A stretch of DNA of 15,000 nucleotides from Gemmatimonadota bacterium (GTDB taxonomy: Bacteria > Gemmatimonadota > Gemmatimonadetes > Gemmatimonadales > GWC2-71-9): positions 1 through 15,000 of the forward strand of contig JBDHKN010000108.1 of assembly GCA_039586365.1 (NCBI GenBank), given 5' to 3'. The notes beneath the pieces are model-generated. The model had not been told where the DNA came from, searched no databases, and was given only the letters and a program-made list of their open reading frames with translations. A program made the translations under genes and the position numbers. Numbering within the stretch: position 1 is the stretch's first letter; each line of letters starts with the position of its first letter. This document shows, in pieces, positions 8,146 to 15,000 of this stretch.

Positions 8146-9540
8146 CTATCGACGCGCCGGTGCGGAGCCAGAACCGGAATCGGGGTCCGCATCCGACTCT
8201 CCGCGTCGTCGAATCAACGGAGCGAGGCCGTGCTTCTCGATCAGCCGATCGAGCCTCGGACGGGAGATCGCCAGAACCTCAGCGGCGCGAGATTTGTGGC
8301 CGCGGGTCGCTTCTAGAACGCGGGCTATGTGGTCGCGTTCCGCCTCCTCCAGTGTCGTGAGCCGTGGAGCCGACTCGCCGAGCGGCGCTGCCAGCTCCGC
8401 GTGCTCGGGGCGGATCACGTCGCCAGTCGCCATCACCACAGCGCGGGCAAGACAGTTCTCGAGTTCGCGCACGTTTCCGGGCCAGCTGTGCCGCATCAGC
8501 TTATCAATCGTATCCGCAGCCAACAGAGGCCGTCTTCCGCCGGCACCCGCCGCAGCCTTCGCCACAAAGTGCTCCGCTAGGAGTGGCATATCGCTCATGC
8601 GCTCGCGGAGTGGGGGGACCTCGATCTCGACCACACGCAGGCGGTAGTACAGGTCCTCACGGAACTGGCCGGCCGCGACCAGCCGTTCCAGATCACGGTG
8701 TGTGGCGGCGATGACGCGCGCCTCGGTACGCTCGGGACTCTCGGCTCCGACGGGATAGTACTCGTGCTCCTGCAAGACACGGAGCAACTTGCTCTGGAAC
8801 TCGGATGCGGTGTCACCGATCTCGTCCAGGAATACTGTCCCGCGACCCGCCATGGCGAACCGGCCACGCCGGTCGGAAGTCGCACCGGTAAAAGCACCGC
8901 GTACATGCCCGAATAGCTCCGACTCGAGCAGCGTTGACGGAAGCGCGGTGCAGTCCACGGCGACGAACGGCTCGGCCGCAAACGGCGACGCGGTGTGGAT
9001 CTCGCGCGCGATCAGCTCCTTGCCAGTCCCGCTCTCGCCCCGGATGACCACGTTAGTTCGGGTCGCGGCCACCTGGCCCACGAGCTTGAAGATCTCGACC
9101 ATGCGCGGGTCACGACCTACGAGACGATCACCCGCAGTAACGGCGTCCGCATCCCAACGGGCGGCCTCGCGCGCCTCCCGGTCCTCGAAGGCGCGGTCGA
9201 GAACGCGGCGTAGATGGTGGAGGTCAAGTGGCTTGACGAGAAAGTCGGTCGCACCTTCCCGCATCGCCCGGGCGACCGTGGGCAGGTCTTCGTATGCAGT
9301 CATGAGAACGACGTCGATGTCCGGCATGCGCTGTCGCAGCAGACGCAGCAGGTCGAGGCCGCTCATGCCCGGCATCTTCAGGTCGGCCAGGACCACGCCG
9401 GCAGTGGATTCGCCAAGGGAGGCCAGCGCGTGCTCACCGTCTTCCGCCGTCCGGACCTCGGTTCTCTCGTCGCGTAGAGCGCGCACGAGGGTCGTCCGGA
9501 TTCGAGGATCGTCATCGACGATCAGGAGCGATCTGTCCAT
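8146..9540 (-). CDS. Sigma54-dependent Fis-family response regulator (NtrC/AtoC-like)
   Basis: Receiver LIVDDD/DLKMPG/FLVKP, Walker A GESGTGKE, ESELFGH..GAFTGA, Walker B FLDEIGD, WPGNVRELEN, C-terminal HTH. Start ATG 9540 with GAGG upstream. Confidence 0.96.
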   Translation of the reverse strand: MDRSLLIVDDDPRIRTTLVRALRDERTEVRTAEDGEHALASLGESTAGVVLADLKMPGMSGLDLLRLLRQRMPDIDVVLMTAYEDLPTVARAMREGATDFLVKPLDLHHLRRVLDRAFEDREAREAARWDADAVTAGDRLVGRDPRMVEIFKLVGQVAATRTNVVIRGESGTGKELIAREIHTASPFAAEPFVAVDCTALPSTLLESELFGHVRGAFTGATSDRRGRFAMAGRGTVFLDEIGDTASEFQSKLLRVLQEHEYYPVGAESPERTEARVIAATHRDLERLVAAGQFREDLYYRLRVVEIEVPPLRERMSDMPLLAEHFVAKAAAGAGGRRPLLAADTIDKLMRHSWPGNVRELENCLARAVVMATGDVIRPEHAELAAPLGESAPRLTTLEEAERDHIARVLEATRGHKSRAAEVLAISRPRLDRLIEKHGLAPLIRRRGESDADPDSGSGSAPARR

Positions 9541-10029
9541 TAGTAGGACCTCGAAGCGCCATGCCGCCCGGCGGGCGTGGGGAGTGATACACCGATAGTA
9601 TAGTGGGAGCAGGGGGGGCATCGGGCAAGCCGTTGCAGCAAGTACTCGTGAAGGGTGGGATCTTCACGGTGCGTCCCACGCTGTCCGACTCGACCCCGCG
9701 TCTTCTCATCAGCCCGAGGCTGTGGATCGGTCGGTCGTGTTCGGAGAGTCGATCTATCGGCCTGTGGCCGCGTACCTGCGGTCCCACATCCATCTTGTCG
9801 ATAAGTGTTGATCGCCGATGCATGGAGGGTCGCAGTTGAATGCGCATCCGCTCGGAGATAGGGAAGGGGAGATCGGCATCAAGCGCCTTTCACGCGAGCA
9901 GTTCGGTAAGTGTGCCTTCGGTGTGCCGTGTGACTCAGCGGGAAGACGGCGCGGACGGTATGGTAGCCAGGTGGAAGCAGCTTTGTTCTCTCAGGGTGGC
10001 ATGGTCAACAATGGCAGTGGTCGCTGCCA

Positions 10030-10659
10030 TCACCTGATCGCGACCTGCGCGCCAAGCGAGAAGGAAAGTAGACGGCCCCACTGCCACGTTTTTCTCTCCT
10101 GCCAGCCGACACCTGCTTCCCAGTATCTGTAGGTCCTACGGAATCGCGCCAGTTCTCCGGAGACAACTGATTCGATCCCAACCCTGTCGCTGACTTCGAG
10201 GGTCAAACCGCTCGTCACGCCCGCTCCCAAACCAAAGCCGTCAGTCGAAAGATCCTTGAGCACTTCCACTCGAGCACCGAGAAATGGTGAGAGGAACTCC
10301 GTGGCTGGCACGAGACGGAAGGCCGGGCCGACCGCGATCGACGCGTAGGAGCACCCGATATCCGTACTAGGTGCAAACGGTATGGCGTCCGCGGATTCGG
10401 CACATGCGTGAGCCGACACGTCTGCCTCCCCGCGAACCTCCCAATGCGGGTCGATGTGATACGATCCGGATATTGCGGCGCCAATCCCGAACGCGACGTC
10501 TGAGTAGGTCTCTCCTCCGGGAAACAAGCCCACGGCCGCCACTCCCAGCTTCCACCGGTTGCGGTGAGCGACGTCCTGACCTGCTGTGTCTGCCGGGAGG
10601 AGTGCACTCGCGATCCAGATCAGGCTGATCGCAAACATGGTTGAGCGTAGATGCTTCAT
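10030..10659 (-). CDS. Small outer-membrane beta-barrel protein (OmpW/OmpA-barrel-like)
   Basis: Signal peptide ending ADTAG; about eight amphipathic Gly/aromatic-rich strands (FGIGAAISGSY, SIAVGPAF, SPFLGARV, FGLGAGVTSGL, LSFSLGAQV). Confidence 0.7.
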   Translation of the reverse strand: MKHLRSTMFAISLIWIASALLPADTAGQDVAHRNRWKLGVAAVGLFPGGETYSDVAFGIGAAISGSYHIDPHWEVRGEADVSAHACAESADAIPFAPSTDIGCSYASIAVGPAFRLVPATEFLSPFLGARVEVLKDLSTDGFGLGAGVTSGLTLEVSDRVGIESVVSGELARFRRTYRYWEAGVGWQERKTWQWGRLLSFSLGAQVAIR

Positions 10660-10980
10660 GTGTACCCAGAGAGACGGTTCCTCACTGATACCCCTGTCGC
10701 GTTTGGAGTGTCACATCCAAGGCGGATCGCTCTGCTCACGACAACGACACGAAAGCGGGTTTAGCGCAATGGTGGCTAGATGGGGTGGGGCCGACAGACA
10801 AGACGTGGCGTCACCGTGGTCGCAGTGGATCAGGGGATCGACCCCCCTACCCCGGTTCTCGATGGGGACCCCCCGCTTTACCATCCCTACAATGGGGTCC
10901 CAAACCAAAGAATGGGATGTCTCGGTTTAGTCCAACTCTCTATTCGATTGTTCCGCAGTTTTGATCTAACTCGGGTAGAC

Positions 10981-11011
10981 AAAGCCCCGAGCGCCGCGAG
11001 ACGCCCGGGGC
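10981..11011 (-). terminator. Intrinsic terminator-like hairpin T, copy 1
   Basis: Minus strand GCCCCGGGCGTC-TCGC-GGCGCTCGGGGC-TTT: 12-bp stem whose two mismatches are G.U only on the minus strand; 70 bp after the M48 stop. The U tail is short. Confidence 0.6.
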
Positions 11012-11081
11012 GGTGTGGCGACGCGGGTCCTGGACAGAAAGGAAGGAGTTTGCTGGCCACGTCATGAGGCAATCGTATGCG

Positions 11082-13079
11082 CTAGGTTACCCTAGCTCCC
11101 CCAATCGTAATACCGTGACTCGCTGCGACGTTGTTTCGGACTACATCTGTCATCCAAAGCTCTAGCTCACCCCTATTCGAGAACAGATCCCACGCATCCT
11201 CCTCGGAGTCTGACAGATCGCCTGTCGGCGCGGCGTCGAGCTGATTCACCCACCCAATCCGATCCCGCGGCGACGGGTGACTGTCGTATGGCGAGGGCTC
11301 CGCGTTGATGGCTGACTCCACCGCTTTCCTGAACTCCTGTTCTTCGGGCATGCCCAACGGCTGATAGCTATACAGGTTCACCAGGGCATGCTTCTTATCG
11401 ATGACTTCGTTGAGTGTGAGCTGAGCGTGCGCGTCGAACCGCACCGAACGTTCAATCACGTGTAGCAGACCGATCCCAAACTGCTTGGCCCCGAAAGCGA
11501 ATGCCGCCCACCGGTCCGCCAACACTTCCTGCAGCCTCGATGCGCCCTGTGAGATCCTCAAGAAGACGCGATAGAAGCTGTTGAGAAAGAGCCAGGCCGG
11601 GCTGTACCAGGTTGCAGCACCGCCTTCGGCCAAGGCACGCGCCATGGTCAGCAGAGACCGTCGAACCGCCAGAGCGAATCCACCACCCGCCGTGTCGCGA
11701 TTAGAGAAGTGCCCATACTCATGCGCCAACACGGCTTTGAACGGGCCAAGTTTCATTCCTTCGAGCACTCCTAATCCGAGAATCAGGCACCGTTCCGGCG
11801 ATCCGCGCAGCTGACGTAGCATACCGCCCCGCTCCGTGACGGCCAAGTCGGTACCAGGGGTAAGATAGACGTTGTCCACCGGTCGCGTGCCTATCTCTCC
11901 AGCGACCTCGTCCAAGACATTACGCAGCTTGGGATGGTCCGACGTGTGGAGGAGTTCTCCCGGCTCCTCGCCACGACTGCGGACCAAAATGCTCTTTAGG
12001 ACGGCCCACAACGTCACCAGCACCAGTGCGACAATGATGATCACGAGCCGTATCGGGATTCGTCCCGCCGCAAGAAAGGCGTAGAGGACCGCAGCACCCG
12101 CTCCCACCACGACCAACAGCACGATTGGCAGCGAGACATAGTAGTAGGCGCAACAGAGCCACAGGACGGCACGGTAGATCTTCCGCAGAGCCGCGTCGAG
12201 ACCAACTGATTCACCGCTCGGAACGGTCGGTAATCGCCTCACCGAGCGTATTGTCAATCTGCTGAGCACAGCACCCGCCGTTAGGAGCAACGCGAGTCCG
12301 GCGAGCCACACGCCACCTACCAGGCCTGCGGTGCGAGCGAGCCGCGGCATCACGGGCCGGGCGTCTCTGGTCGTGTCCAGGAGGTCAGAGTACACGTCGG
12401 GTGACATGCCGTCTGCTAATGCCCTATGGAGCCGCATTTCGGCCGCGTCGTAATCACCGGCCAGCATGTCGGCCATCCACGCGACATAGTGTCTAAGCTC
12501 CCGATTCTCACTGACCCGATCGAGTCGTGCCGAGCACTCACGGAGCAGGTCTGTCATCTCGTTGACTGCAAACGCAAAGCAGGCATTCATCACGCCGTAT
12601 TCCTCTGACTCGGGATCCTCCAGCAGGACGCGTGCGTGTACTAGTGCCTCCTGCGCCTCTTCGTAGGTGGGAGCTTGCCCACCCTCACCACTGACCAGCA
12701 CGCCAACCAGGGCGGACCGATTCTCTCGCGTCTCCGCGGCGGCGTAGGCCTCCCTGCACAATGACAGGGCCTCCTTGCGCCTTCCCCGCTGCAGCACCAC
12801 ACCACACAGACGGCGCGTCGCGTGGAAGAAGCCCGGCTCAATCTCATGCACCTGGCGGTAGAGCGCCTCCGCAGTGGCGAGATCTAGGCTGTCTCGCGCC
12901 TCGTTCGCGCTCACGAACAGATCGGCGGCTCGGGGATTCCGGTTCTGCAACTCTTCAGTGATCCTAGCTGTGAAGTCTTGGTACGCCTGTGTTGGGCGGT
13001 TGCCTTGAATGGCAGCAACGGGCAAGAGCAGCAGAGCGAGGTTCGCTGTAAAAGTGGGAACGGCGAAACGCAGTTGCAC
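11082..13079 (-). CDS. TPR-containing M48 family (HtpX/Ste24-like) membrane zinc metalloprotease
   Basis: HEYGH zinc motif in AVLAHEYGHF, third ligand in SRLQEVLAD, YDSHPSPRDRI; N-terminal signal and TPR-like helices; several TM segments; GTG start 7 nt after GGAGG. Confidence 0.9.
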   Translation of the reverse strand: MQLRFAVPTFTANLALLLLPVAAIQGNRPTQAYQDFTARITEELQNRNPRAADLFVSANEARDSLDLATAEALYRQVHEIEPGFFHATRRLCGVVLQRGRRKEALSLCREAYAAAETRENRSALVGVLVSGEGGQAPTYEEAQEALVHARVLLEDPESEEYGVMNACFAFAVNEMTDLLRECSARLDRVSENRELRHYVAWMADMLAGDYDAAEMRLHRALADGMSPDVYSDLLDTTRDARPVMPRLARTAGLVGGVWLAGLALLLTAGAVLSRLTIRSVRRLPTVPSGESVGLDAALRKIYRAVLWLCCAYYYVSLPIVLLVVVGAGAAVLYAFLAAGRIPIRLVIIIVALVLVTLWAVLKSILVRSRGEEPGELLHTSDHPKLRNVLDEVAGEIGTRPVDNVYLTPGTDLAVTERGGMLRQLRGSPERCLILGLGVLEGMKLGPFKAVLAHEYGHFSNRDTAGGGFALAVRRSLLTMARALAEGGAATWYSPAWLFLNSFYRVFLRISQGASRLQEVLADRWAAFAFGAKQFGIGLLHVIERSVRFDAHAQLTLNEVIDKKHALVNLYSYQPLGMPEEQEFRKAVESAINAEPSPYDSHPSPRDRIGWVNQLDAAPTGDLSDSEEDAWDLFSNRGELELWMTDVVRNNVAASHGITIGGARVT

Positions 13080-13086
13080 GGTAGCA

Positions 13087-13393
13087 CCTCCAGAGCCAAG
13101 GCATGTGGTACGGTCGGCGGTCTGGCTCTCGTCGTCGGGCGGGCGTCCTACTGTGGCGTCTACTGCGGCGTCCTACTACGGCGTCTATACGGCGTCCAGC
13201 TAAGGCGTCCACTCTGGCGGCGGGGCACGCGAAAGGCCACCGGCGTACTTCAACTGTTGGGCAATATCAACTCGGCGGCGTAACGCAGACATCACTCGGA
13301 CACCGCCGATTGCCACCGCCGTTGGGAGAGTCATGGTGGCTGAGAGCGATACCATAGCTTGCAGCAGGGTACACCGGCCCGCAAGGTAAAGCC
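13087..13393. repeat. Conserved non-coding leader R, copy 1
   Basis: Shares with 14791-14990: CCTCCAGAG (RBS), an identical 33-mer (13128-13160 = 14834-14866), a 43/46 block (13204-13249 vs 14874-14919) and a ~50/59 block (13336-13393 vs 14932-14990). Confidence 0.92.
13142..13209. repeat. Tandem array of six GGCGTC hexamers at 11-13 bp period
   Basis: GGCGTC starts at 13142, 13155, 13167, 13180, 13191 and 13204; unit consensus approximately GGCGTC(C)TACTRY. Confidence 0.9.
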
Positions 13394-13419
13394 CCGAGCG
13401 CCGCGAGACGCTGGGGGCT
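13388..13419 (-). terminator. Intrinsic terminator-like hairpin T, copy 2
   Basis: 24-mer AAAGCCCCGAGCGCCGCGAGACGC identical to 10981-11004; stem closes with TGGGGGCT; ~25 bp after the lipoprotein stop. Confidence 0.6.
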
Positions 13420-13444
13420 GGGGTGCGTTGTCTAGGGAGCCAAC

Positions 13445-14785
13445 CTACCAGGTGCAACCGTAGCTGCCGCCCAATGCTTGTGCCTGGTCGGTCAGAATCT
13501 GCGCGCAGCTGGCTCCGATCTGCTTGTCCACCTTCTTACCTACGAAGTCGATGAAGTGAGCTAGTCGCGCGCAGGCCGCCCCAAAGTCTTCCTTCGCTAC
13601 ATCTGCGGCGGTCTGCCGGAGAAACGCCTTCAATGCCGTTCCGATGCCCTGGTTGGTGATGCCTCCGTCGGCGACGCACTGGTCTACCTGTTCCATGATT
13701 GCCTCGAGCGGCGGAGGTATTGCGGCTGACACCTCCACCATGTACAAGTCCGTGTTTCCGTCTCTGGTCTCTGACCATGCAATGCAGGTGCCCCAAACGG
13801 TCGGATAGTAGTGGTCAACCGAGCTATCTGTGATCCGAACCTCTGTAGAATTGCCAGAGTTGTTCAGGTCATAGAGGTAGACGTCGTAGTTATCGCTCGC
13901 ATCCTGCCGCTCGAGCCACACGATCCAATCACCCGAGATGGCCGGATTGAGCTGATCTGCCTCGCCTGTGGCAATGGGAGTCACTACCCAACCAGCTTCT
14001 GTGTGTTCGGCAACGTAGATGTCGCGATTGGCTTCTGAGACTTGGCTGTGCCATACGATCCAGTTGCCCGAGACGCCGGGATATGATTGGTCTGCTGCGT
14101 CCACAGTGATCCGGGTCTCTACCCAATTCGTGCCGACCTCGTCCCACTCGGCCACGTAGATCTCCCAGTTGCCATGCCGACGATCACGCCAGACGATCCG
14201 GTCACCGTCGATTGCCGGTTCTCCCGGACTCACGGCGCTGGGTGATACCAGACTCTCATTCCAACTCGAGCCGTCCCACTCGGCCACGTACACCTCACCG
14301 TTGCTACTTCGGTAGTCGAGCCACGCGATTCTGTCACCAGAGACGTCAGGGCTGATTTGCATCGCTGGGTCGTCTGTGAACTGGGTAACGTCCCAACTCA
14401 TACCGTTCCACTCGGCCAGGTAGACATTGTAGAGTCCGCTCAGAGTCTCCCACCATACGATTCGATCGCCGGAGATCTTGGCGGATGACTGGGTCGCCGG
14501 GTCGCCGGTAAGCTGCGTTTCATCCCAGGTCATACTGATCTCGTCCCAATCAGCCACATAGATATCATAGACCCCGTTCTCGATTCCGAACCATGCGATC
14601 CGATCACCTGATATTTGTGGATAGTCATCGACTCGTAGGTCGGTGGTGACCCGGATCTCCGGGCCCACAGCGTAGCCTGTGGTTGAGAACAGCGGCGTGG
14701 GAAGAGGACTAGCGTTTGGCTCTGTTGCATCTTGACAAGCTGTGATCACGAAACCAGCCAACGGCACGAGGACGAGACGTTTCAT
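13445..14785 (-). CDS. Lipoprotein with Methanosarcina-type beta-propeller repeats and a C-terminal FIMAH-like helical domain
   Basis: RBS GGAGG before ATG 14785; lipobox FVITA-C; six clear P.[IV]SG[DN].I[VA]W......N.[DE][IV]Y repeats; C-terminal GITNQGIGTALKAFL...LAHFIDFV..K.I...AQIL. Confidence 0.85.
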   Translation of the reverse strand: MKRLVLVPLAGFVITACQDATEPNASPLPTPLFSTTGYAVGPEIRVTTDLRVDDYPQISGDRIAWFGIENGVYDIYVADWDEISMTWDETQLTGDPATQSSAKISGDRIVWWETLSGLYNVYLAEWNGMSWDVTQFTDDPAMQISPDVSGDRIAWLDYRSSNGEVYVAEWDGSSWNESLVSPSAVSPGEPAIDGDRIVWRDRRHGNWEIYVAEWDEVGTNWVETRITVDAADQSYPGVSGNWIVWHSQVSEANRDIYVAEHTEAGWVVTPIATGEADQLNPAISGDWIVWLERQDASDNYDVYLYDLNNSGNSTEVRITDSSVDHYYPTVWGTCIAWSETRDGNTDLYMVEVSAAIPPPLEAIMEQVDQCVADGGITNQGIGTALKAFLRQTAADVAKEDFGAACARLAHFIDFVGKKVDKQIGASCAQILTDQAQALGGSYGCTW

Positions 14786-14790
14786 GATCC

Positions 14791-14990
14791 CCTCCAGAGG
14801 ATAGAGTTCTGCGTCGGGGTCGATGGTCTTGGCCTCGTCGTCGGGCGGGCGTCCTACTGTGGCGTCCAACTATGGCGTCAACTCTAGCGGCGGGGCACGC
14901 AAAAGGCCACCGGCGTACTGTCAGTCACTCAGTGGCTGGAGGGCGACACCTTAGCTTGCAGCCAGGTACACCCGTCCGCAAGGTCAAGCC
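14791..14990. repeat. Conserved non-coding leader R, copy 2 (three GGCGTC units; lacks the ~80-bp palindromic segment)
   Basis: Blockwise alignment to 13087-13393; GGCGTC at 14848, 14861 and 14874; similarity ends at AAGCC 14990. Confidence 0.92.
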
Positions 14991-15000
14991 AATCAGCGTG

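Larger units (their letters stand above)
10982..13393 (-). mobile_element. Putative non-autonomous single-gene cassette 1 (leader R - M48 gene - terminator T)
   Basis: Bounded by AAGCC cores at 10982 and 13389; same leader and terminator as the neighbouring unit. Mobility is inferred; no recombinase gene is present. Confidence 0.3.
13389..14990 (-). mobile_element. Putative non-autonomous single-gene cassette 2 (leader R - beta-propeller lipoprotein gene - terminator T)
   Basis: Bounded by AAGCC cores at 13389 and 14986; architecture parallels cassette 1. Mobility is inferred. Confidence 0.3.

Noticed and set aside
6467..9598. Long plus-strand ORFs (6467-7909, 8000-8647, 8789-9598)
   Set aside because: Antisense shadows of the kinase and regulator genes; Ser/Arg/Ala-rich with no motifs, typical of high-GC DNA.
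9597..9628. Sigma70 promoter for the regulator (TTGCCC...TATACT, minus strand)
   Set aside because: The -10 is good, but the spacer to the candidate -35 is 20 bp; not supportable as a full promoter.
13142..13209. GGCGTC array as a mini-CRISPR
   Set aside because: Repeat is 6 bp and spacers 5-7 bp, far below CRISPR dimensions; no cas genes.
13200..13334. 44-aa leader ORF ending SRAPPPEWTP as a RAPP-type ribosome arrest peptide
   Set aside because: Copy 2 has an in-frame TGA just upstream of the shared segment, 3 of 4 substitutions in the shared codons are non-synonymous, no RBS is evident, and the stop is 120 nt from the downstream start.
13200..13334. LPTAVAIGGVRVMSALRRRVD as a decayed tyrosine-integrase C-terminus
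   Set aside because: Superficial resemblance only: the catalytic H/W and Y positions are absent and there is no HxxR motif upstream. An HMM search would settle it.
2212..14990. Canonical integron cassette array
   Set aside because: No intI and no canonical attC after the genes; the genes carry long leaders and terminators, unlike typical promoterless cassettes.

Overview
GC-rich bacterial accessory region; the gene types suggest Gemmatimonadota or a similar lineage (inference). The left end (1-2200) is a mosaic: a hypothetical CDS, an isolated internal comM/yifB fragment, an intact Methyltransf_32-like gene, and two 5'-truncated fragments joined back-to-back (a TPR-protein C-terminus and a NucS/DUF91 piece). 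The middle (2212-9540, minus strand) is a coherent module: sigma54-dependent response regulator, HAMP histidine kinase, candidate sigma54 promoter, TolB-like double beta-propeller and a secreted erythromycin-esterase-family fusion. The right end carries an outer-membrane beta-barrel, a TPR-M48 metalloprotease and a beta-propeller lipoprotein. The most striking signal is that the last two unrelated genes each sit in the same non-coding frame: a conserved 200-300 bp leader (11-6-11 dyad, phased GGCGTC array, shared RBS) and a near-identical terminator. The three junctions share a 5-bp AAGCC core in an att-left/att-junction/att-right-like pattern, suggesting tandemly accreted single-gene cassettes. 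No integrase, tRNA, rRNA or CRISPR array is visible in the window.
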